Origin: Polyangiaceae bacterium | GTDB taxonomy: Bacteria > Myxococcota_A > Polyangia > Polyangiales > Polyangiaceae | Direction of reading: 5' to 3' | Length of the DNA: 64,000 bases | NCBI GenBank assembly: GCA_044376115.1 | Contig: JBILLK010000015.1 | Coordinates: 1 to 64,000 of the forward strand | Shown here: in pieces, positions 14,992 to 23,151 of the stretch | How the letters are laid out: every line of letters starts with the position of its first letter | Position numbering within the stretch: the stretch's first letter is position 1 | Position numbers and translations under genes: made by a program | The notes under the pieces: model-generated | The model's input: only the letters and a program-made list of their open reading frames with translations | Database searches by the model: none | Told to the model about the DNA's origin: nothing

Positions 14992-15941
14992 CCATGACGA
15001 ACCGAGCTAGCAGTGAAATCATTCAGGTCCGCAGGGTGCACCGGAGAGATCTGAATCGCACCTGGGACTTTCTCAAGCTCGTCTTTCGAGACGTAAACCG
15101 CAATACGCTCGAATACCAACGGCCGCGAACGAAGCATCGCTTCCTCGAGGTCTACGACAGCGAGGAGACGGATCAGCTGCTGTTCGTCGTTGGTGACAAG
15201 ACCGTGGGCTACGCAGAGTGCTCTTACTCGACTGCTGGTGCCGACAATTGGATGAATCCACGCTACTTCGAGAAGCGCGGTATGCGGCCCTTGTTCGTCG
15301 ACGAGCTCGCGGTGCATCCACACTTTCAGGGCCGCGGCGTCGGCGGCTTCATGCTGGAGCAGATACAACATTTGGGTAGGGCGCACGGCTGTACCCATCT
15401 CGTGCTCGAGGTCGCGCAGAACAACAAGGACGCCTTGAAGTGGTATCACAAGCGCAATTTTTACAGGCTTGATGCAGCCATCTTCCTTGCGCAAAAGGTC
15501 CCCCATGAGCCTGAGCTGCTGCCCGGGCGGCCACTCACTGGAAGCGCCCCAAGCGAGAAGGTAGTCAAGAAGGCACCTGCCAAGACGACGGGTAGGCGCG
15601 CAACGACCAAGGCAAGCGCAAAGACAGCAGCTGCCCGTGCAGCAAAGAAGGCCTCCCCAAAGCAGCCAAGCGCCACATTGGTTTCTAGCATTCCGCAATC
15701 GAGCGCCACCAAGAAGGCGCCATCTAAGCCTGCTGCAGCCAAGCCTGCTGCAGCCAAGCCCGCTGCACCAAAGCCTGCTGCAGCCAAGCCTGCTGCAGCC
15801 AAGCCCGCTACCGCAAAACCTGCCCCCAAGCCTGCTGCAGCCAAACCCGCTACCACAAAACCTGCCCCCAAGCCTGCTGCAGCTAAACCCGCTACCGCAA
15901 AGCCTGCCCCCAAGAAGCAGGCAACCCCAAAGGCTAAATAG
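14988..15941 (+). CDS. GNAT acetyltransferase fused to a histone H1/AlgP-like Lys/Ala/Pro tail
   Basis: LAVHPHFQGRGVG acetyl-CoA motif, LEVAQNNKDALKWY and C-terminal KPAAA repeats. Confidence 0.85.
   Translation: MTMTNRASSEIIQVRRVHRRDLNRTWDFLKLVFRDVNRNTLEYQRPRTKHRFLEVYDSEETDQLLFVVGDKTVGYAECSYSTAGADNWMNPRYFEKRGMRPLFVDELAVHPHFQGRGVGGFMLEQIQHLGRAHGCTHLVLEVAQNNKDALKWYHKRNFYRLDAAIFLAQKVPHEPELLPGRPLTGSAPSEKVVKKAPAKTTGRRATTKASAKTAAARAAKKASPKQPSATLVSSIPQSSATKKAPSKPAAAKPAAAKPAAPKPAAAKPAAAKPATAKPAPKPAAAKPATTKPAPKPAAAKPATAKPAPKKQATPKAK
15726..15911 (+). repeat. Coding tandem repeat of 13 KPAxx/KPAP units (15 or 12 bp)
   Basis: aagcctgctgcagcc-type units read directly from the sequence. Confidence 0.9.
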
Positions 15942-15943
15942 TT

Positions 15944-16548
15944 ATGCATAAACTGCTTTCGGGGCACGCTACCTTTCGGCGCGAGTTCGTCGCCGGTAGC
16001 AAGACCTTTCTCGATGAGTTGGCGGCTGAACACCAGTCGCCAGACGCCCTGTCATCGGCTGTTCCGATAGCCGCGTGATCCCTGAACTCCTCACCACCTC
16101 AGCGCCGGGAGAGCTCTTCGTCGTCCGTAACGTGGCCAATCTTGTACCGCCCGCACAGCGCGCCGACAGCTGCGTTGGCGCGGCGCTCGAATATTCGGTC
16201 GAGGCGCTGGGTATCCGCCATATCGTCGTGTGCGGCCACTACGGTTGTGGCGGGGTCAAAGCAATGATCGAGGGCGTCAATAAGCAGAAGATGCCCGAGC
16301 TCGAGAGCTGGCTTCGTGATGCAGCGGTGCTCAACTCTGCAGCGCGCGCTGAAAACGCAGACAAATCGGAGCAATGGCGTCTCGCTGTCGAAGAGAACGT
16401 ACTCGACCAACTGGCGAATTTAACCTCCTATCCGGGGGTCCAATCTCGCTTGGAGGCTGGAGAGATGACGTTGCACGGCTGGGTTTATGACCTGCGCGGC
16501 GAGCTGTTCGTTTACAACGCTGATACAGCCCAATTCGCGCTCGCCTAA
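15944..16548 (+). pseudogene. Beta-carbonic anhydrase split by a 1-nt frameshift (pseudogene or sequencing error)
   Basis: ATG 15944 gives MHKLLSGHATF...QSPDAL. After ctg-tc-atc (16049-16056) another frame gives IGCSDSRVIPE...PGELFVVRNVAN...GHYGCGG. Confidence 0.85.
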
Positions 16549-16550
16549 GC

Positions 16551-17105
16551 TCACACCACCCAATCGAAGCGAAAGCTGGCGCCGTCCGCGGTCTTGCGCG
16601 CGCTGCCCTTAGGGTCCTTCCTACCAGCGGCCCGCAGCGTGCTCTCGACCCCGACTCGCAAACCGCGCACAGCGAACTCGCTCATCTCCGGCCAATCGAC
16701 CACTCGCACTTCAGCGAAGCCCTTACCCGAGCGCATCACCTCGAGACGGCCTTGCGGGTAGGCCTTCTTGAACAAGGACGGGCTTCGCGCGACCAAGATG
16801 TCGTCGGTCGCGATGCGCAACAGCACGCGCCAAACGGAGGTCACCGTGCGGCCGGTGACACGCACGGCGGTCTCGGTGTGTAGCTCCGCCGCTGGGATGT
16901 TCAGAACTTTACTGGCAACCTCGTAGAACTTCTCGATGCTGGTGCACCGAATCGAGGACATGGCCGTCACCAGCGCAAACTCATCACGGATATCGGCCGG
17001 TAGCGCGGCGCGCACCTGATCCATCACCGCCTCCCCAAACCGAGCTTGGAAGTCTTGCAGCTGTGCGCTGATGACTACGCCCGACACCTTCGGTTCAAGC
17101 GCCAC
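16551..17105 (-). CDS. Hypothetical protein (myxobacterial DUF2378-like)
   Basis: 184 aa with good coding pattern; loose resemblance to the family, including the ending FRFDW. Confidence 0.55.
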   Translation of the reverse strand: MALEPKVSGVVISAQLQDFQARFGEAVMDQVRAALPADIRDEFALVTAMSSIRCTSIEKFYEVASKVLNIPAAELHTETAVRVTGRTVTSVWRVLLRIATDDILVARSPSLFKKAYPQGRLEVMRSGKGFAEVRVVDWPEMSEFAVRGLRVGVESTLRAAGRKDPKGSARKTADGASFRFDWVV

Positions 17106-17116
17106 GAACTAGGACC

Positions 17117-17914
17117 TCATTGCCCTTTAAACGTCGGGGCGCGTTTCTCCAGAATCGCTGCGACCGCCTCGCGATGGTCGTCGGTGTTTTGCACCATGCC
17201 CTGGTAGCTCGCTGCCAGTTCCAAGGCCGTCTCCAAGTCGGAGTCCCAACTGCGATAAGCGGCGCGCTTCGTGAGCCGGACTGCCAAGGGCGAGTTCTGC
17301 GCAATTTGCTCGGCGGTGGCCCTCGCCGCATCAGCCAACTCCTCGGCAGACACCACGCGATGAACGAGGCCCAAGGCAAGGGCCTCGTCCGCGTCTACCA
17401 CGCGGCCGGTGAGCACCAGCTCCAAGGCTCGCGCAAAGCCAATCGTACGCGCAAGGAAGTAGGCGCCGCCGTCTCCAGGAACCAAGCCCACTTTGACGAA
17501 CGTCGACCCGAGCTGAGCTCCGCGCGCGCAGATACGCACGTCACACATACAGGCCAGGTCCAGACCGGCGCCAATCGCCGCTCCGTTGATTGCAGCAATC
17601 AGCGGCTTATCGAACTGCGCTATCCGGCGCGGGATGGTCTGAATGCCCTCGATATACTGTTTGCGGAGTTCAACCGGGCCGCCTGCAAACATGCCAGCCC
17701 CGGCGCGCATCTGCTTGAGGTCACCCCCAGCGTGAAATGCCTTACCAGCGCCCGTCAGTATCACGGCCATGATTGCAGGGTCTGCCTCGGCCGTATCGAA
17801 AGCGCGCACCAGGCTTTGCACCATCTCGCTCGAGTACGCGTTCCGAGCGTCAGGTCGGTCAAGGGTGATGGTTGCAACGGCACCGGCTGTTTCGTAGCGG
17901 AGATCGCTAAACAT
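17117..17914 (-). CDS. Enoyl-CoA hydratase/isomerase family protein
   Basis: AFHAGGDL, AAINGAAIGAG and VGLVPGDGG. Confidence 0.92.
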   Translation of the reverse strand: MFSDLRYETAGAVATITLDRPDARNAYSSEMVQSLVRAFDTAEADPAIMAVILTGAGKAFHAGGDLKQMRAGAGMFAGGPVELRKQYIEGIQTIPRRIAQFDKPLIAAINGAAIGAGLDLACMCDVRICARGAQLGSTFVKVGLVPGDGGAYFLARTIGFARALELVLTGRVVDADEALALGLVHRVVSAEELADAARATAEQIAQNSPLAVRLTKRAAYRSWDSDLETALELAASYQGMVQNTDDHREAVAAILEKRAPTFKGQ

Positions 17915-17961
17915 CGGCGCTTCCTACCATGCGCAGGCACGCGAGCCACCTGCGTCCGCGC

Positions 17962-18750
17962 CTAGCCAAGCGACCGCCGTGCGATTTCCACTTGGGACTG
18001 CACTTCGGCGTGAAGTCGCTTCGCCAGCGCAGCAGAGTCTTCACCGGGTAGCGGCCGCGTGGGGGTACCAACCGCAAGCCCGACGTTCGTTCGCGCAGAG
18101 CCGGCTACACGCCGCATATGGTCCACGAACGTTTCATCGCCGTATTCGATCGCAGCGCCACCGTACGCAATACCGACGGGAACGAGCTCACAGCCAGTCC
18201 TACGCGCAACGGCGAAGGCGCCCGGCTTGAAGGGCCGCACCTCATCTCCAGGATAGGTGGTCCCCTCCGGGAAGATGATGACACCGAGACCAGCCTCAAT
18301 CTTGGTGATCATCTCCTTGACGACATTGGCCGCGCTGCGCCTGTCCTCGCGATCAACGAACAGAATACCCGACTTACGTGCCAGCGGACCGACGATAGGC
18401 CAATTAGCGAGGTCCGCGCGGCTAACGAGCTTCCCCTCGATGTGCGCCAGCATCAGCATGATATCCAAGCTCGAGCGGTGATTGACCACGAAGACTCGGC
18501 CACGGCCGCGCTCGTCTTTGCAGCCGACCCGCACGTCGGGAGACTTGCCCGTGGTGGTCACATGAATGCCGAATAGGGCGCTCATATGTTTACCGAACCG
18601 CTCCATCGTCGCTGACAGGATCGCCTCGCACTGTGCTTCATTCTTGCCGCGGGACTCCACCTCCCAACGCGCCAAGGTGCCAATACCGTAGGCGGCAAAG
18701 CCGGCAGTCCGCCCGGCAAAAACCACGTCACCAAGCCTTAGGTCTTTCAC
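17962..18750 (-). CDS. Lysophospholipid acyltransferase (PlsC family)
   Basis: NHRSSLD, FVDR and FPEGT motifs. Confidence 0.9.
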   Translation of the reverse strand: MKDLRLGDVVFAGRTAGFAAYGIGTLARWEVESRGKNEAQCEAILSATMERFGKHMSALFGIHVTTTGKSPDVRVGCKDERGRGRVFVVNHRSSLDIMLMLAHIEGKLVSRADLANWPIVGPLARKSGILFVDREDRRSAANVVKEMITKIEAGLGVIIFPEGTTYPGDEVRPFKPGAFAVARRTGCELVPVGIAYGGAAIEYGDETFVDHMRRVAGSARTNVGLAVGTPTRPLPGEDSAALAKRLHAEVQSQVEIARRSLG

Positions 18751-20204
18751 TCGGGCACCTCACTCAGCAGCCGTCGCAGAATGGCGTCAGTCAGGGCTGG
18801 ATTGGCGCTGCCCTTCGTCGCCTTCATGATTTGACCGACAAAGAAACCAAGCATCGTCGCTTTGCCGGCTCGGTATTGAGCAACCTGCTTGGGGTTTGCA
18901 GCCATCAGCTCTCTCGCCATGCCCTCCAAAGCAGCCTCGTCACTCATGACCGCCATACCCGAGGCCTTCACGAGCTCAGCAGGCGAGCTTTCCGTGCCTG
19001 ACATCTCCACGAGCAGGGCCTTGGCTTGCTTACCCGAGATGGTGCCGTCCTGCACGAGACAGAGCAGCTCGACCAGTTGTTTGGGGCTGACGGGAAAGCT
19101 CGCTGAGAGCCCTGCAAAACTCGCGTCACGGAGGACCTCCGCGATGATGAAGTTGGCAATCTTCGTTGCGTCGACTGCGCTATCGCCCGACCACACCAGG
19201 CACTCATCGAAGAAGCCGGCGATTCTCGGATGGCTGGTCAATACCTGCGCTGCAGCGACGGGGACACCAAGGCTCTGATAACGAACTCGACGGGCATCGG
19301 GCAGCTCTGGCAGCGCCTGCTTGGCGACGTCCACGAAGGCCTCGTCGAGAATGAGAACGGGCAAGTCCGGGTCTGGGAAGTAGCGATACCCAGCGTCATT
19401 CTCTTTCTCACGCAGCAAGTAGGTCTCACGCTTCTCCGAGTTGTAGCCGCGTGTCGCCTGCACCAAAGCCCGGCCCAACTCGAGCTCACGAATCTGCCTT
19501 CGGATCTCGACGTCGATCGCCTCCTCCACGAAGCGAAAGGAGTTGATGTTCTTGAGCTCGGTGCGGACACCAAGTTTGGTCTCCCCTAACCGCCTGACCG
19601 AGACATTGGCGTCGCAGCGAAAGCTCCCCTGTTCGAGGTTTCCGTCATTGGCCCCAACCGCCATCAGCACCTCTCGCAACCGCTTGAGGTAGAGCCCTGC
19701 CTCGGCGGCGCTGCGTAGGTCGGGCTCGCCGACGATCTCAATCAATGGGGTGCCCGCTCGATTGAGGTCGACGACCGACGCATTGCCAACGCCATGCAGC
19801 GTCTTGCCAGCGTCTTCCTCCATATGAATACGAAGGATGCGCGGGCTTCGTTCTTCTCCTTCCAGCAAGAAGGTCACCTGCCCCGAGAGCGCAAAGGGCT
19901 CTTCGTACTGGGTTATCTGATAGCCCTTGGGTAGGTCGGGGTAGAAGTAGTTTTTGCGAGCCCACACGCTACGACGCTGGATCGTGCAGCCAAGCGCGAG
20001 CCCAGCAAGCACCGCCAAGCGCACGGCCTCCCCGTTGGGCGTCGGTAGACTCCCAGGGAGGCCGAGACACACTGGGCAGGTATGAACGTTCGGCGCGTCG
20101 CCAAAACTCGTCTCGCAGCGACAGAAGAGCTTGGTCCGTGTAAGGAGCTGTGCGTGAACTTCGAGACCGATCACAGGCTCGAAGTCGCCGTAAGATGTGG
20201 CCAT
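18747..20204 (-). CDS. gatB: Asp/Glu-tRNA amidotransferase subunit B
   Basis: [38 protein letters not shown] and YRYFPDPDL. Start placed at MATSYGDFE. Confidence 0.96.
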   Translation of the reverse strand: MATSYGDFEPVIGLEVHAQLLTRTKLFCRCETSFGDAPNVHTCPVCLGLPGSLPTPNGEAVRLAVLAGLALGCTIQRRSVWARKNYFYPDLPKGYQITQYEEPFALSGQVTFLLEGEERSPRILRIHMEEDAGKTLHGVGNASVVDLNRAGTPLIEIVGEPDLRSAAEAGLYLKRLREVLMAVGANDGNLEQGSFRCDANVSVRRLGETKLGVRTELKNINSFRFVEEAIDVEIRRQIRELELGRALVQATRGYNSEKRETYLLREKENDAGYRYFPDPDLPVLILDEAFVDVAKQALPELPDARRVRYQSLGVPVAAAQVLTSHPRIAGFFDECLVWSGDSAVDATKIANFIIAEVLRDASFAGLSASFPVSPKQLVELLCLVQDGTISGKQAKALLVEMSGTESSPAELVKASGMAVMSDEAALEGMARELMAANPKQVAQYRAGKATMLGFFVGQIMKATKGSANPALTDAILRRLLSEVPE

Positions 20205-20610
20205 GGTCTGGCGCTTGGTAGCATGGGTTGCGCTCGTCGCCGAGCTTGCGTCACCTACGGTCGTGCTCGGTGGTTGTGCCTCGGCACCGCAGCCGAGCCA
20301 AGCCGCCGCGCGCACCGGCAGCCTTCAGAAGGGCCGCGCCAGCTACTACGCCGACAGCCTCGCAGGCAACAGCACCGCGAGCGGAGAACCGTACGATCCA
20401 AAGGCCCTCACTGCTGCCCACCGCACGCTGCCATTCGGGACCTGGGTGTTAGTCTCCCGGCCGGGCAAGGCCGCCGTACGAGTGCGCATCAACGACCGTG
20501 GCCCGTTCGGTAACAAGGACCGCATCATCGACCTCTCCCGCGCCGCGGCCGAGGAGCTCGACATGGTGCGGGCGGGGGTGGTCGAGGTCACCGTGCAGAT
20601 CGTCGATTAG
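20203..20610 (+). CDS. rlpA: RlpA-family (DPBB) lipoprotein
   Basis: [29 protein letters not shown] and lipobox LGGC. Confidence 0.9.
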   Translation: MVWRLVAWVALVAELASPTVVLGGCASAPQPSQAAARTGSLQKGRASYYADSLAGNSTASGEPYDPKALTAAHRTLPFGTWVLVSRPGKAAVRVRINDRGPFGNKDRIIDLSRAAAEELDMVRAGVVEVTVQIVD

Positions 20611-21467
20611 TTGAAGAGGTCCGTGTTGACGAAGTCCGGACGGATGAGCGACCAGAAGTCCACTGCCAGTCTGGCCTCTACATACTTGTACGGCAGCCAA
20701 CCGTAGCCACGATCTCCCCAGCCAGCTCCCCACGAATTGCGAACGAGCAGGGCTCCTTGATTCGGTCCCATCATTTTCTCATCGTCGTAACCAACGGCGA
20801 TCAGCGAGTGTCCGCCGAGGAGCTGTTCTCCCGGCTCGGGCATAGACACCTCCACGCCTTCTCCCACGAGCGGGAAAGAGCTGTAAACGCTCAAGCCAAA
20901 TACCGAAGGCATCCTCGCGGCGAGACATCGCCGCACGTTGAGTAGAGTTTGTGAGCTAGTCAGCTTTGGCTCATCAATTCGGAAGTAACGCACCGTCCTG
21001 AAGGAGTCCGCGAAGGCATAACAATAGGGCGGGGCAAGCTCAGCTTGCTTGGCCGGCTCATACGGATAGAGGTGCTCGGCGGGCACACCAAACGTTTGCA
21101 AAGCTCGCAACGTGGTGCGCAAGTTGGCGCCAATATCTTCGCGATAACCGAGCAAGTCTCTCGTAGCGCGATAAAGAAAGAGTTCGGAGAAGTCCGCATG
21201 GCGCTCAAAGGCGCGGCGCTCGTAATACTCCATTAACGCTGCAACCGAGAAGGCAGTACTGGCGTTGAGCGAGCCTTGACTACGAATGCGCGTGCACCAT
21301 TTGCGGAGGTCTACGCTCGCAGGCAACACCGACGACGGCATCGAAACCGCCTTATAGGAGTTCGAGATGCGGAGGATCCCTTGGACCTCGTGGGACTCGA
21401 AGGTGACATCACGAAAATCCGGTGGGTCCCGCAGCCAACCGAAGCCTTCCGAAAGCGCGTTGCTCAT
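20607..21467 (-). CDS. Papain-like C1A peptidase homolog with Ser at the catalytic Cys position
   Basis: [41 protein letters not shown] and [13 protein letters not shown]. Confidence 0.88.
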   Translation of the reverse strand: MSNALSEGFGWLRDPPDFRDVTFESHEVQGILRISNSYKAVSMPSSVLPASVDLRKWCTRIRSQGSLNASTAFSVAALMEYYERRAFERHADFSELFLYRATRDLLGYREDIGANLRTTLRALQTFGVPAEHLYPYEPAKQAELAPPYCYAFADSFRTVRYFRIDEPKLTSSQTLLNVRRCLAARMPSVFGLSVYSSFPLVGEGVEVSMPEPGEQLLGGHSLIAVGYDDEKMMGPNQGALLVRNSWGAGWGDRGYGWLPYKYVEARLAVDFWSLIRPDFVNTDLFN

Positions 21468-21524
21468 GCGGCGGGATGTTACACGACGCTCGGAGCCGTC
21501 GATATGCAACGATGACTCGTAACG

Positions 21525-22532
21525 ATGGTGACTGCCTCAAGCGAGTATCTGACGGGGCAACCGAGTTCGCTCGAGGTCCGCATCTTCGGCAACATCTCAC
21601 GCCTCGATGTGCTTGAGCGACTCTCGCGCTATTGCCAAGAGAGGTTTGGAGCGGCGCTTAAGCGGCAGCTCTTCTATCGCGTCGGCTCGGGGCTGGTCAT
21701 CGGGCTCACGCTCGTCACTGGCCTATCGCTAGTGCTCAAGCTCACGGAGCGTCGGCGAGGTGCAGGCTTCCTAGCCGAATGCGAAGCCATTCGAGCGCAT
21801 TTGGCGGCACGCGGTTACCCCGCTGGGGAAACGTTGTTCGCGCCAGAGCCCTTCGAGTCGGGGTTCATCACTGCGCTATCCTTCGTTGAGGCGGGACCGC
21901 GCGTCGATCCACACCAGCCGAAGATCCGAGCTGCGATAGCGCGTGCCTTAGCTAATTGGATTGGGCTGGCTGCTTCGTATGAGCATCCCCAACATTTAGG
22001 CGCCGCGTGGTTCACCAGCGTCCCCGCAGACAAACTCTGGCCGCGTCCGCACGATCCGAGCCTCGTGTTCTCCCGAGCGGCCAGCGCTGCGGAGATCGAT
22101 CGCATCGCTCAGCGGGCTTTGGAGGCACGCTCGCGACTCGCTGGGCAAAAAGTGATTGCGCACTTCGACTGGCGACTCGAGCATCTACGCTTCGATTCGA
22201 GCGAGCACATAGCCACACTCGCCTTCGACTGGGACAGCCTGCACTTCGAGCTCGAACCGGTTGCAGTTGGTGCTGCAGCCCACGCCTTCAGCTGGGATGA
22301 ACGTGGGCCCGATCCAGTACCCCGGGTAGATGAACTGGAAGCGTTCCTTGAGGACTACCAACAAGCTCGGGGGCGTAGCTTTACCGAAGAGGAACGCGCG
22401 ACAGCGTTGGCATCTCTTTTGTACTCGCTCGCCTATTCGGCGCGCTGCAACCACACGCTGTCTTCCGAGAGGCCACTTGCGCGAGGTGACTTCCGGCGCC
22501 TTCTGTTCGAGGCAGCCGATAGATTCTTGTAG
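21525..22532 (+). CDS. APH/choline-kinase-like phosphotransferase
   Basis: LVLKL, IAHFDWRLEHL (Brenner-like motif), FDWD and FLEDYQQARGR. Confidence 0.7.
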   Translation: MVTASSEYLTGQPSSLEVRIFGNISRLDVLERLSRYCQERFGAALKRQLFYRVGSGLVIGLTLVTGLSLVLKLTERRRGAGFLAECEAIRAHLAARGYPAGETLFAPEPFESGFITALSFVEAGPRVDPHQPKIRAAIARALANWIGLAASYEHPQHLGAAWFTSVPADKLWPRPHDPSLVFSRAASAAEIDRIAQRALEARSRLAGQKVIAHFDWRLEHLRFDSSEHIATLAFDWDSLHFELEPVAVGAAAHAFSWDERGPDPVPRVDELEAFLEDYQQARGRSFTEEERATALASLLYSLAYSARCNHTLSSERPLARGDFRRLLFEAADRFL

Positions 22533-22554
22533 CGTTGCTACATACCGCTTCAAC

Positions 22555-23008
22555 CTCGTGCCCTCTTCGAGAGAATCGGCCGAAGGCCCCGTTGAACCGT
22601 CGACTTTGGCATGAGTCATTCCGCCGAAGGCGGATGCAGTGAACAGAATGACTCGGGCCCTCTTCGAGAGAATCGGCCGAAGGCCCCGTTGAACCGTCGA
22701 CTTTGGCATGAGTCATTCCGCCGAAGGCGGATGCAGTGAACAGAATGACTCGGGCCCTCTTTTCGAACAACGGCCGAAGGCCCGATTGAGCTTCGACTTT
22801 TGGCACGAGTCATTCCGCCGAAGGCGGATGCAGCGGACAGAATGACTCGGGCCCTCTTCGAGAGAATCGGCCGAAGGCCCCGTTGAACCGTCGACTTTGG
22901 CATGAGTCATTCCGCCGAAGGCGGATGCAGCGGACAGAATGACTCGTGCCCTCTTCGAGAGAATCGGCCGAAGGCCCCGTTGAACCGTCGACTTTGGCAT
23001 GAGTCATT
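22555..23008. repeat. 97-bp tandem array (about 4.7 copies) of palindromic REP/BIME-like units
   Basis: Units start at 22555, 22652, 22749, 22846 and 22943. They contain the inverted pair AATGACTCG(T/G)GCC / GGCA(T/C)GAGTCATT and two GAA-loop hairpins. Confidence 0.92.
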
Positions 23009-23151
23009 TCGTGCGGTCCATTGGGCGGGTGTTACCTGAGCAAAATCGCAGTTTGGCGCTCGACGACATTTTTCGAGCGCTAATTCCTTGGGTCGGAGAG
23101 ATCTTCTAAAGGTGCCCGCGTGGCTTTATCAGGCTATCCTCTCCTGTCTTC

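Noticed and set aside
22185..23007. Repetitive minus-strand ORFs (MPKSTVQRG..., MTHAKVDG...)
   Set aside because: These are by-products of a 97-bp repeat, whose length is not a multiple of 3, cycling through reading frames.
22555..23008. CRISPR array
   Set aside because: The intervening sequences are identical in four of five units rather than unique spacers, and there are no cas genes.
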